Positions 1 through 14,179 of a DNA stretch of 64,000 bases are shown in pieces. The notes beneath the pieces are model-generated. The model saw only the letters and a list, made by a program, of their open reading frames with translations. It did not search any database and was not told the DNA's origin. How positions within the stretch are numbered: position 1 is the stretch's first letter; each line of letters starts with the position of its first letter. The stretch is from Chrysomallon squamiferum (lineage: Eukaryota > Animalia > Mollusca), in contig CM022679.1 in assembly GCA_012295275.1 (NCBI GenBank), positions 12,834,001 to 12,898,000 of the forward strand, read 5' to 3'. A program made the position numbers and the translations under genes.

Positions 1-159
1 GAATAATCTAGTCGAGAAAATATTATCACAAAAAAACTAAAACTAAATAAAGAAATTTAAAAACAACCTAATAATAATCATACATATCTACATACATACA
101 TACATATATACATACGCTTACAGTGATTACATTATTCTCCCCTTTCCATGTATATTGAT

Positions 160-163
<4 letters not shown>

Positions 164-236
<73 letters not shown>
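164..236. repeat. (CT)n microsatellite
   Basis: Perfect dinucleotide run. Confidence 0.95.
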
Positions 237-246
<10 letters not shown>

Positions 247-712
247 TTTTTTTTTTTTTTTTCTCTTTTTTTTTTTAATCTAAATTAATAGATTGAATTA
301 CTGGACCGAACAGCCGAACGAAAGGCCACGCGATTAAATGCTTCTAATTAATTAGCTTTTTCCCTCGTATTGTCCCTGGGGACTCCCAGTCATAATATCA
401 CTGTACAGATAGGAACCGAATCGGCTGGGTCACAAAAAGAGAAATAATACAAATGTATTATTGCTGTTATTGTTACTATCGTAGTTATTTTTCTGTTGTA
501 GTTTGTTATTGTTATTGTTACTACCATCATCATCATCAACACCATCAGCAACACCAGCTGCAGCAGTCTTGTTGTACTTTTTGCTGGTTTATTATTACTG
601 TCGTTGCTGTTGTTCGTCTCTCATTATTTCTTTGTCCGTGAAGCTAAAAAGCTAAATAACTTTACATGTCTATATCAGAAATATCGAGAATGCGCCGTGA
701 AACACCTACATG

Positions 713-714
<2 letters not shown>

Positions 715-762
<48 letters not shown>

Positions 763-875
763 CCCACACTCAAACACACACATATATATATATACACACA
801 CATACATACATGCACACGTACGTACATATATATATACATACATATATACATAATACCTACATATACATACATACA

Positions 876-907
<32 letters not shown>

Positions 908-910
908 CAT
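715..910. repeat. (CA)n/(TACA)n compound microsatellite
   Basis: Visible runs. Confidence 0.9.
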
Positions 911-1136
911 AGTGTATTTACATGCATGCATACGTATATATATTAGCTTTTCTTAACGGTTACGATTTGTTCGCTTACTACCGTATTTTGTTTTGTGTTT
1001 TCTTCTTTTTCTTAAGGGAGTATACTTTGGTTTGTTTATTTATTTATTCGTATATGATTAAGTTCCTGAACTCCAAATAACCAAATAAATAAACAAATAA
1101 AAACATAATAATAATAATAGTAATAATAATAATAAT

Positions 1137-1180
<44 letters not shown>

Positions 1181-2711
1181 ACAGTAGATGTCACCCAGCA
1201 AAACGAATAATTATAAACAGATAAATCATTACTTACTTTAAATCCAATCAAACAATATTCATACGTTTATAACTAATAAAAGTGGTGTTTTGTTGCATTG
1301 TTTTGTGATAAAAAAATTTACTGCTTTCATTTATGTTTGCCGCGGTGTCGCGGGCGTAAAGTGTAGTAGCGGAAGTCGTAAACCACGACGTTGTTTTGAT
1401 GAAAACGTTTCTTTCTGTCACGGCCATCAATGATGCATAGTAAAATAAAATGTCAGAATGTTTTCTGTTTTTTTAATTTGGTCTCTCTTTAGGGACATTA
1501 GACTAGAAGGCCAACGGAAATTTGGTATCTTTTTTTTTTTTTTTTTTTTTTTTTCGTTTTTTTAGTTTATGTTTTATTTATTTATTTATTTTTTTTTTTT
1601 TTCTCCCTTATGTTGATTCTATTTTATTTGTTTGTAATTTTGAGAAAAAAAAAGAGTTAGCAAACACATTCGAAAGGATGAAAAAAGGTTTTATTTGCAC
1701 ATTACACGTGAGATCTTTTAATATTAAATTTAATTTTTCAAGCGAAATGATGTCAGGAATTACAAACATTTGGAGACAAAAAATATTCAGGCTCCACGCC
1801 TGCTTAAGGCTTATTGTTAATGTCACAATTTATAACTATTTTACTTAACAGTTCACACTTATTGTAACTGTACTTCTTTTTTATTATAATACTTCATTAT
1901 TCACTAAGGTTTATATCACCTAAAGAATGAAACAATTACATATAAAGAAAGACAATGCATTTAGCAACGGAATCGTAGACTTTCTGATGAGCATATTATA
2001 GCTACTTATTTAAATTTCATAATATAATTAATTCAGGGTAGTTTACCCCAGACGTTAATGTAACCAGTTTTCAAACGTTATTATAGCACTTAATACTGGC
2101 TTTAATGTGATGAAATTATCGATTCGACTGAAAAAAAAACAAAAAAAAACAACAACCAAAAAACCAAAAACAACAACATAAAAGTAGGAGAATAATAAAA
2201 ATGACGTTAAATGACGTTCTAGACATCCTTGGTTGATATTAGTTGCTGCTTTACTGCAAATTACTTTGTTTTTCCATTTAATCATGGTTTGAAAACATCA
2301 CGATTTCACAAACGGTGCTGGCTTCTCGTAATCAGTGGTCCGTACTGGAATCACATAAAAAGGGAAGTCAACACATAAATAATTTTAAAACACACACACA
2401 CACACAAAACACACAAAATAAAAACTCCGCTCGACACAGGATTAAAAATGAACGTTCACTACTTTACTCGGTCTGTCAAGGTTTTTTGCATGAAATGTCG
2501 TCACCAAAATGGAAACAAAAGACTGACCGCTAAAATCACTGAAAAACTTTCGAAAATATCTTAAATGGATTTAAGCTGTTTGTATGTATCACAATATATT
2601 TTTAATTTAAGGTGTAATTGGTTTGCTAGCTGGATAAGCATCTTTATTTTCTTGTTTTAAACTTTACACTCTGAACAGGAGTATCAAAAAGTGGTTTTAA
2701 CACAATTTTTG

Positions 2712-2821
<110 letters not shown>

Positions 2822-2882
2822 GCAGACACATTTATGCATTAAAAATATATTAAAAAAGAAATGTCATTTTGTTAAATACATA

Positions 2883-2888
2883 TTTATT
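2883..2888 (-). terminator. Candidate distal polyadenylation signal for BMPR1 (AATAAA on minus)
   Basis: TTTATT on plus strand, located where the CpG-depleted domain ends. AATAAA is common in this AT-rich DNA, so the call is weak. Confidence 0.3.
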
Positions 2889-4367
2889 GCAAAAATGAAA
2901 TGATTGCATAATGTTCTACAAAATAAAGTACATATCTGAAATGCAATAAAATGCTGCATAGTGTGACATTAATATGAAATACATAAAACTTTCTATACAA
3001 AATACATTGGGGATGTAGGAGTTACAGAGACTTCATTCCAAAGTATCTCCCATTCAGAACACCAGTGTTTATTTAAATGTTTCTCTGAAGCCATCAGGAA
3101 AACTAGACATTTTTAACTACTGTAAGAATTTTAAATATCCTCTATACTACTGTTAAATCCATTATGTGACAAATCCTACAAACATTTCTCTTTTAAAGTT
3201 CATTCAGATACCATAAAAATTATGTTCTTTTTACCTACCACTGAAGAGAAATATTCTTGACCAGATTTAAGAATGTTTTTTCTTATAAACATAAACATAA
3301 ACATAATAATAATAATAATAATAATAAAAGTAATAATAATTTATTCTTCATGAAATTAATGCCTATTAAATTAAACCTAAGTAAGTCTAAATCAAATTAA
3401 ATAAAAAAATTTCTCTTCTAAATTTGATATAAACCTCTTTCTGTAATCAAAAACTGTATTATCCACAATGAATTATTATTATTATTACTTTTTTTTTAAA
3501 TTTGTTTTTTATCTAAGTTATGAACAAAATGAAATAAAATTGGTGTCACTTTTGATTGTTTTGGTTTCTAACACAAATCATATGTTGTACATGTTTTCCT
3601 ATCTAAGTCCAAATAAAAGATTCCTTGCTGCCAATTGACTTGCTCTTAAGTGCGTTTTCTCTTGTATTATTTTACAAAGACTCTGTGTCTGAACACCTAA
3701 TAATAAAAATCTGCTGAGGTTTAGTTAAACAAATATCCATTCATTCAAACACTGACATGAGGTAATGATAGAAAAATATTTCACATACAAATAGCAATTA
3801 ATAATTTTATTTGTTACTAAACTGAAGTTAGGTGGGATAACATGGATAACACTTATCTGTATATTTACATACTGTACATAAAAACAAAACATTTAAAAAA
3901 AAAAAAAATAAATAAATAAATAAAAAAAAAACAATTATGGATATGAATTGATTTAGACTGTTTTCAGTCCATCTAGATAAAAATAAAAAATAAAAAATAA
4001 AAATTACATACATGTTATTTGTTAATTGGGATTTATAATATGACTTTAGAATGCAAGATTAACAATTAAGACTACAAATTACTTCTGACTTCAATCCGTT
4101 TGGAAGAATTTCTTAAATATTATCATCACAGCTTGTAAACTTTATTTAGCAGATTTTGCAGTACAAAGCATACAAAATGTAATTTCCAAAGAGAGGGACA
4201 GAGAAGTTAAGATGTCTCTGTCCCCTGATTGTAAGAGAGTGTATAATTATTTCATTTAAGAGAATGTGGGTTTGTAATTAATTATATATGTTTTGTTTTA
4301 TATAGCAATATAAAAAACAAGATTAATTAATTAAAGTAAGAAATATTTAACTAAACACCCCCTTGAG

Positions 4368-4401
<34 letters not shown>

Positions 4402-7400
4402 ATCTCTGTTTTGATTTATCTTCACTCAGTATCTTTCATATTTTCCTGTTCTTTAGGTTTTGATAATGTGTGTGTGTGTGTGTTCCAAAAAAAAAAGAAT
4501 GGCTGAGAAGCTGAGCATTAGTATATCAAACCCTGCAATTATGAACGTGACTGGTAAAAAGAAATGATTACAGCAGTTTTAGACTTAATATCTTTCCAAC
4601 ACCAAATTGTAAAAACATGTTGTTAACTGAATAAATAAAATGTCCTGGATAATTCAATAATTACAGCAACACTGGTGTTACTGCAAGTATCTCTGTACAA
4701 CTGCAACAGTTGTATGTGATTGAGCAAAATGAATTTGATTCTGAAAATGGATTGTACTATGTTATGCCAACTGAAATTTAGTTTTTGTCTTCTGAAAATG
4801 ATATCACACTGAAAACCAAATGTGTTTGTACATGTGTGTCTGCATGCATGTGTTTGTTTGTTTGTTTTCTTGGTAGTAACATTCAAAGTATTTAATAAGT
4901 TTTTAAATTTACCATCATTATTACAAAAATGTGAAAAGAAAGAAACATTTCTTATGGACAGATATGCTGCAATATTCTTGCCAGTGCAAGAAATGAATAA
5001 AAATCAAAATTAAAAATTTTAATAAAATTATCCTTGTTCTGAAGAAGAAAAAAAGAAGAAAAAAAAAAAAAAAAAAACAACATACATGTAAAAATAAAAT
5101 ATAAAATATTTAAACTCATGGTAATTTTTGATAACCTATATAACTTTGAATATGCAACTGTTTGAACTGATAGTGAATGTAATACATACATATTATATGT
5201 ATTAATAATTTATATATGCGATGACTTACAGTGATTTTCTTTTGTTTTTTAAACAAGATGGACATCAATACATTACACATTATCAACAAACACACAGATG
5301 TATATATATTTATATATATATATAAAAATGATATTTACCAGGAAGACTAAGTTTATTTTTATAGTTATGATCAACACGTAATATATGATACACTTTTTTT
5401 ACATAGTTAAATATTGTTGATAAATATACACTGAAATGTTTATCCATGACAGCAGATTTTACTTACAAATAATCGTTATAAAAGAATATTAAAAAAAAAA
5501 AAAGGGAGAAAAACAGAATATATCACAGGTCAAATCAAATTTAAATCTAACACAGTTGCCATTTTGATTACTTTAATGAAGCTAAAGAAAAAAGAAGTAT
5601 CTTTGTTTTGATATAAATAAATAATTCCATGAAAAAAATACTTGAATAAAATTATTGTACTGTGTAAATTATGATTAATATTTATATCATTTAGTTTTTA
5701 GTTCACTGATAATGTTAGATCCGATAATGTACAATTATTAATTTTTTTCTTCTACTCTCTTCATGATTAATAACAAAATGTTTATAACTCAAATTCATAT
5801 TTAAATATTATTTAAAATAATCTCAGAAATATATTTGCATATTTAATTCCAATAAAAGAGAAGTAGGATTGCCATTTTGTATTTTAATAATACAAAATGT
5901 CTCCCACCCACATACAATTTTTTTTAAAAGTGAGTAATTTTTAATTTCCATCCATCATATGAATGTTACTTTACTGTTTTACTTTATTACTGCCAAAGCT
6001 TGGAACAACATTATATAAAAAAAAAAAAAAAAAAAAATGCAAATGATATATATTCCAAATAAATCCATTTTTACACAAGGTATTTTTTTTCTTTTTGAAA
6101 AGGTTCTGTCACCTGTATTATTATTATTATTATTATTTTTTTAAAATACTGAACATTTTTGATTATCAAATTCAAACCATCTTCAATCTAACAACACATC
6201 ATTAGCTGAAACAAAATACAATATTGACTATTTTCTTTTTTTAAGTTAAAACTACAATATTTAATCCGACCTGCAACATATATTATGGTCATAAACATGT
6301 AAATAATAGTTAATACGTCAATGATATGAATGTAAATAAAAAATATAATACTATGTTACAAAAATGAAATGTATACAAATGTACAAACAAACAGTATCTT
6401 TTGTTTGTGGTGGGACTGAATATATGGAACATTACATCACAATTTCTTTTTTCTTTGATAATGTGACCATACACATTTATGAAAGGATGAGTCAATGCCA
6501 TTTGTAATTGTACTGGAAAAGCCAGTTAATTATGTAAGAGATTAAGTGAAAGCCGCAAACAAAATCTTAATTATAATGTAATCATACAAAATGAAAGCAG
6601 TCTAAATCCTATTAAACAGAATTTCAGTTAAGATAAAATATAGGTATAAAAATACAAACATAATTAAAAATATATATATATAAAAAAAAATTAGAGAGAA
6701 AGATTATTTATAAAAATAAAAAAAAGATAAAAAAAGAAGAATAAACTGGAAATAAAATATATTTAGGTAAAAAATGAGAATTATTAATAATTTATTTTAG
6801 AAATATTTTATCCTGAAGTCTCAACTTGTTCTGGGAGTTTGATCTTTCAATCAACTTGGTTACATGAGAAATGTTGTTGTTATTTTGGGTTGTCTTTTGT
6901 GTGCATTAGGGTATTAAAACATAGTTTTTCAGAAATGTTTTTGAAATTACATTAGTAATAAATTTTTAAAATTATTTGTTTAGAGCTTAGTAATGATTTT
7001 ACTTTTATTCTTAATTTAATACTATTAATGTATAAACAGTACTTATACATTTTGAAAATGAGGTATTATCTTTCTAAAAAAAAAGAAATAACAGTTTAAA
7101 AGATTGAATAAATGATTGAAAAACAACAAATTATAAAAAAAGAAAAAAAAAGAAAAACAGTTTGTAAAGTTAAGATGTAAATTTCTAACCGTAGTTTCTG
7201 AAATCGTGACAGAACAGAAGCTATATAATACTGTAAATATGTTTTGAATCTGCTATTTACTTTTGATTTTCAAACAAATAAAAGAAATATAGAAACCCTC
7301 AGAAAATTTTAATAATACATAATATGTATATAAAATAATTTATATGGACTATAAATATAAAAAAAAAGAAAAAAAAAAAGTTATTATATACATTTGACGT

Positions 7401-7752
7401 ATAAACTTTTCAGACTATTGCCTAGTGGATCATGAAAAACAAGTAATAATTTAAAAAAACCAATTAAAAAATTAAAAATCAAATTACCAATTAGCATGAA
7501 TACAAACTATTAGTTAAAAAAAAAATCTAGTCTATTCTGACAATGTACTACAACTGGAAGATCCAAATTTTGCATAACTAAAATAAATTTTATATCCACT
7601 GAAAGAAGATACTGAAGTATCAGCAGGAAATGTGAATATTAAAACTTTATTGTTGAAAAATAAATTAACAACAAATAAGACTGTGATAGTCTATGACTTC
7701 ATTTTGGTATAAAACTGTAAAAAATAAAAAATAAACTTCACAAAAAAGAAGG

Positions 7753-7789
<37 letters not shown>

Positions 7790-8804
7790 ATAAAAGCTTA
7801 GGATGCAGTAAAAATTCCTGTTTCTTAACATATAAAACATCGATCAAGAAGTGTCATTTGATATGAACCTTCAGCTAGGAAAATAAATATGTAAAAATAA
7901 CAGCAGAAGTATTTGTTCTCAATATTTTGTTCATTTTGCTCAGAAAGCTGTCCTAGGGATGCTACAACAATTTCCTTGAAGGATATTTTCGATATTATTG
8001 CCATCATTTCTTTATTTTCAACAAATGAAACTGTCATCTGATGCAGCTTTTGACTTTACACTGTATGTGATGTGACAGTTTATCAATTTAAAGAAAGACA
8101 ACATTAAATAAAGAAGGAAAAAAAATAATCTAAGAATTTGAACAATATCTATTTATTGTTTTCTGGAAATGGCTGCACATTTTTACCTTTGAGTTTTTAT
8201 CAAATCTTTGCTGTAAATTTGTCTTTTTTTTCCTTATGTATGATTCAAAATAATTAATAATAATAATAATAATATAGTTAGTATTATATATAAATAATGT
8301 CGTTCTAAGATTTCCATAAAAAAATGTATATTTCAATATCACAAAGTTCTTGTCAAATCATTACAATAAAATCATTTTTTTTATTATTTTTTTTTTCTGT
8401 TAAAAACAATTCCCTATCATGAAATGCCTCAAAATACTGAACATAATATGGCTCTTTTCAAATCTCTGCAATAAATTCACATTTTGATATCAGTTTCTTC
8501 TTATTAACCTAAAAATTAACTTAAATAATAAACCGTATGCTGTTACATCTCAGTGTAACAATTAGGGTTAATATTTGTATTGCATTGGTAATGTGATTGA
8601 GATGTCAAGAAACACAAGTTCTGACATGTTTACCGTAAGTATTGCTTTCACACTCAGGCTTATGGGACTTTTTGTTTTGCCTCTTGGAAAACACGGCTGC
8701 GCCTACAGAACAAGGTAATACAAAGTAATACAATGGAAGTCTATTCTTCCTCCTGAGAATAAATTCAGCCCAGTGGGAGTGCTCCCCAGATTATGACATG
8801 TCAA

Positions 8805-8939
8805 TCACAATTTGTCCCCACCCATTTCATACATCTCTAGCATCTTTCCCAGTGTCTTTTTCACCCTGAGGGCTGTCAATCGAGCTGCAGGATTCTGACT
8901 CCAACATTCAATCATCACCTTTGCCATGATTTTCATATA
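8805..8939 (-). CDS. BMPR1: BMPR1 exon 11 (C-terminus and stop)
   Basis: [44 protein letters not shown]. Confidence 0.95.
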   Translation of the reverse strand, partial: YMKIMAKVMIECWSQNPAARLTALRVKKTLGKMLEMYEMGGDKL

Positions 8940-11154
8940 CTGTGAAATAAAATGGAAAATATTATTTTCATATGCTAAGGTAATAAATCATAAAAAAAAA
9001 AAAAAGAAATAAAATTTAAAAGGAAAAAATTAAAATATTTGATTTTCATTCAAAGAAATTTATGCTACTGGTATTTTTAAATACTGAAGAAAACAAAAAA
9101 TGAAAAAAAATGAATGGTTATGGCAAAATAAAGTCAGATGATGTAATAATGTAAAAATTGTCCTATGTAAAAAAGAAACATTTGAGAGTTCGAATTCTTA
9201 AATACTGAAATAAAATATTAAATGGAATATTCAAATACTAAAATAACAACTTTATGTTTCTTCTACACTGATACAAAACATTAAAAAAATAAATTTATCA
9301 CAATATTTAATAACAATATAAATTTGATTTTCATGTAAAGAAACAGAAATATAATTTATGCCATTAGTATTTTAATATGATATTAGAAAGAAAATCAGTG
9401 CTTATGGCAAAATAAAGTCAAATAATGTATAATTATGTAAATTTGTCCCAAGTAAATAATAATAATAATTCAGTATTAGAAATAATCAGAAGAATTATTA
9501 AATATTAAAAACATGGATGGTTTATACAGCTTTTTTTATCTGGCATTTACTTTGTAATGAAGAGAGAAGGGGAAAAATAAAAAATAAAATAGGACTTTTT
9601 CCTTTACTGAAGGAGGAATTCTTACCGTGCTAGAAAAATGAATTGTTAATAATGCACTAATAAAATTAAACATTCAGCAAGATGAAAAATACACAAGGGG
9701 ATATAACTCTGTTATCAATTCAATACACAGCATCTCACAGAGTTGTTTTAAAATTTCATTATTTACCTTGTCTGTCTGCCATCTGTTTGGAATTTCAGGT
9801 CTTATTCTTTCTACAGCAACAATCTTTCTGACATCTTCAAAGCTTGGATCACTAGGTATATGGTTGTAGTATGGCAGCTGGTACTCTTCTATCATTCCTG
9901 CATAAATATAGAAGAGTGAAAATAACTCTTATGCATCATCTACCAGCATAAGAGTTATTTTCACCAAAGAATGGAAAAAAAATTAATTATTATTATGCAG
10001 ATAATAAACTTCTTATAAATTTGATTATAATAAGGAAACATTAGAAATACTGGAGGATACAAGGTTAAGAAATCTCATCAATTTCTATGGGTGTTTGTAC
10101 ATTACATTATATGGTAACAAAACCACATAGATATAAGTTAATGCACAAATTTAAAAACTGTCGTCATTCTCAAAACAGCTAATCCTAATCAAATATTATT
10201 ACTTTCAAACTAATCAGTTCCAAATCATTAAAGGCACATATTTTTTTCAGCTGAGTTTTCTTAAGAAATAAAGTATGGCACAACTATTCACAGGCATCTG
10301 GGTTTCTTTCATTAAATGGTAGCAGAGGGTTTGATTTATCCAATATTTTACAGACATAAAGAAACAAAACTCCAAATACATATTTTTTCTTGTTTTGCCC
10401 AAATATGGGATGGAAGCTCCCATCCAGACTCTAGTGTCACACACCCATGCCAGTAATATGAACTGAAACAGTTATCTTCTGATACTCACCTCCTAAGATA
10501 CATCTACGAGCTACTTCCCAAAGTACGAGACCAAATGCATACATGTCTGCTTGTTTGTACGCATCAAAATGATTTCTGTTTAAAGTTTCTTCAAGAACTT
10601 CAGGTGCCATGTACCTCTTAGTGCCACATCTTGTGTTGGGTGCAATGTCCACCTCATTGGTTTCACTGTAAAAAAAACAAAAACAGCTTCAGTTTTTGTA
10701 TACATATGACCATAATTATCTCAAAACAAACATGCAGAAATTCTGATTATTTTTATATAAATGTTTTGTGTTTAAACATTTTTAATATTTTAGTTATGTA
10801 TGATCAATCAAACCAGTCTTCATAAATTGTACCATTAATATCAAAAAATGGTATTAAAAATTCATTTAATATACATAAGGGAGACAACTCACGAAAATGA
10901 CAGTTTGACATGAACAGTTATGTCCCTTGTATTATAAAAAAATATGGTAAGAAATGATAACTGGAAGTTACTTGTTTCCAACACAAGGAGAAAATATTTT
11001 AATAAGTATTTAGTAGGAGGCATAGGTTGCAATAAAAATTAATTTCATGGTATTGAGGAAAACAATAACATCAAACATCCCAAGCCATCCTAATATATAA
11101 ATAAATATAAACAACAAAACAACAACAAAATATTTATAAATAAATAATTAAATA

Positions 11155-11214
<60 letters not shown>

Positions 11215-14145
11215 TAGAAAATGCATTAACTCACCTGATATATCTTACAGCCAAACCCAAATCTGCTATACAGCAAGTTCCATTTTTTTTCACTAAAATA
11301 TTTTTAGTTTTAATATCTCTGTGAGCAATAGCAGGCTTTCCTGAAACAAAAGCAACATAAACATTATATTAACATTTCTTTTTTTCCAAAAGTCTTTAAC
11401 CATAAATAACTTTAGTGATCAGAAATATAAAAGCAATTTACACAACATGTATTTTTTTACAATGACAAGTAGACTATAGGATGACATCTTTAAGCGATAT
11501 AATCAAATGACCAGTTTTTAGGGAGTTTGCTATTCCCTACCTTTACTTTATCAAGATAACAGATCTTTTTTAACTCATGAACTGAAATCTAACCTCTGGT
11601 GCCAAATATTTCTGTGTGTAGGTGAGAGAGACCACATGAAGCTGAGTGAACAAGCAACAACATCTCATGTGTGTCCACTGCATGGAACTGCAGGTAGTCG
11701 TAGAGTGAGCCATTCTCATGATAGTCTGTGATGAGAAACAGCTGTGTCCAGGATCCTGTCCCCTTAATGTCTGCTGCAATGAAACCTGAAAGAAAAAGAA
11801 GAGAAAAGGTGTTTAGGAAACAAGAAAACAAAAGGGGAGGTTGAATAATGATATATGTCATTAAATTATCAGTACAGACAGGTTGATAATATTGTGTTTA
11901 GAAAACAAAAAACAAAGGAGTGGCTGAAGAATGATATGTATCATTAACATTCTTAGAACTGCTAGGTTGATATTCCAGCTCTGGAATGTAATAATCTTTC
12001 TTAAAATGACGGCACAGATAAAGCATCAACTCTGAATATAATTTTTGTTTTTCTTCTTCTTTTTTTTTTCTTGGATATAATTATATTATTAGCAGTGATC
12101 ATAATTATACATTTTTCTGGTTAAAATCTTTGAACAGATGATGCATCAACTTCTGAATACAACCACCACTGCTGAAATAAATGCACTGGTGATGAATCAA
12201 CTCTGTGAAAAAGAATGGCACAGCTGGAGTGTCTGTCCAGAACGGACATCTTTAATAATGTGTGACATCTAAATGTAAGTTAGAATAACGGAAAGTGTTA
12301 TGTATTAGCCTCAGAATATCATGTCATACTACTTTCTGGGAAGTTTTTTTCCTGTTGCAGAGATTACAATATTTATAACAATTGTTTTCAACAATCCTAT
12401 ACACTAAACATTAACTTGTATTATTCTGAATAATGATGCCAACAAAAGTATACATGCTTTTTACATTCCACAGATAATTTTCCTGATAATGATGATTGCA
12501 TGAGCATTTTTGTATATACAGGAATCTGCTGACAGTAAGGTATTCTGATGCAAAAAACAAATTAAAAATATTAATGTACCACATATTGTTTTTTGGTTAG
12601 TGTATATAAATAACTCTCCAGCTATCAGTTTCTTTTGTTCTTTTCTTCTTCATGTTGTTTTTTTTGAACATGCTTTACTATAGCTGTTTATAGGATTTTA
12701 ATGCTGCTAAACATAATATTATTCCAATATTCTTTTAATATTTTTAAAAGAATCTCATCTCTAACTCCTTAACAAATTGGTAAAAAAAAAACACCAAAAA
12801 AAAAAATCAAGAGGAAAATAAGAAAACAAATGAACAAGAATATCCTATCAAAAATATAATAACCATAAACATAACAATAATGTTAAAGTAATAAATGGAT
12901 AATACCAAAGATTTCTAAAGGATTAAAAACACTCAGTTTCGTATATGACAGTTATTATAAAAAAGATGAGCCTTCTGGCATAAGACCTGTAATACACATT
13001 TTCTCTCTTTCTCTCACACACACACACACACACACATACACATACTAACTTCTCCATCCACCATCATTTTTTCAGCTCTCTTTCTCACAACAGTAATTTT
13101 CATTGTTATTATTATTTAATATCCGAGCTTTCGGAAACAGGGAGGACGAGAACAGTATTTCACCCTGTGCAGCCATGCTATCACACCCCCATGAAAACCC
13201 ACAGGCACTGCAAGTTTCCTATTTTCTTGTTACCCTGTTAATATTGGCTATAACTGATAAGCTAACAAGCAGTACTGTTGACAGAACTGGGTCAACCCGA
13301 CAAGATGAACACGGAGGCAGAAAGAATTAGCCAGCTTACGAAGGAATACAACTTTAAAAGCTTTCGGAATAGGAAAACGAGTAATTATCAGCAGTCTGTC
13401 ATGTGCACTGCCATGTCGCTGTCAGATGTGCGGCCGATCGGTTGTGCAATCTGCATAAACAATCTCACTGAGCATGTCACTTTAATCGCCTCCAACTAAG
13501 CCTCCATCAAGCTAAACTTTTCTCTATTTCCTCTTTCTCCATTTTCTCTTAAAAATTGTTCACGTGGTGCGGTAAGAAAGCTGAAGCTGGGTAAGAAAGT
13601 GTGTTGAAACATCATTTTAAATAGTTATATCTATAGTACTATTAATACAAATTAAAGGGAGTGTGTGATTATTTAATGACAGCTAAATATATAATATTAT
13701 TAGTATTTATCATACACGTCAAAACATCATTTTTTATTTTACTTTAATGGTTATAATGTAACAAGATAAAACATTTGCCTTAATCCCCCCATTAACTGAC
13801 TTAACTTTCAGCTTTACACTCACAAATTTCAGTATCAACACATACCACAACAACAACATAACAAAACATTTATGATACAATAACAATAATTATTAACAAC
13901 ATGTTAGAAAAAAAAAAAAAATCAAATATAAATAAATGAACCTGTGAGAAAAAAAAAAAAAAAAAAAAAAAAAACTAATTATAATAAATAAAAAAAGATA
14001 TAAAAAAACCAAACAAATTCAACTAACTACAAAGGCAGTAATAATCAGAGCCCCTCAGGCACAAACCAAGCTCAGATTTCATGCACTCTAAACAACATTG
14101 ATTATCTTTTTAAACCGAAATATTTTTGAAATAAAAAAAACATTA

Positions 14146-14179
<34 letters not shown>

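Noticed and set aside
9040-9460. Degenerate local duplication in BMPR1 intron 10 (similar one at 20590-20800)
   Set aside because: These are ordinary decayed intronic duplications with no sign of function.
10610-10640. Cys in the activation segment (NTRCGTKRY rather than NTRVGTKRY)
   Set aside because: It is a single substitution at a position I cannot show to be invariant. All catalytic motifs are intact.
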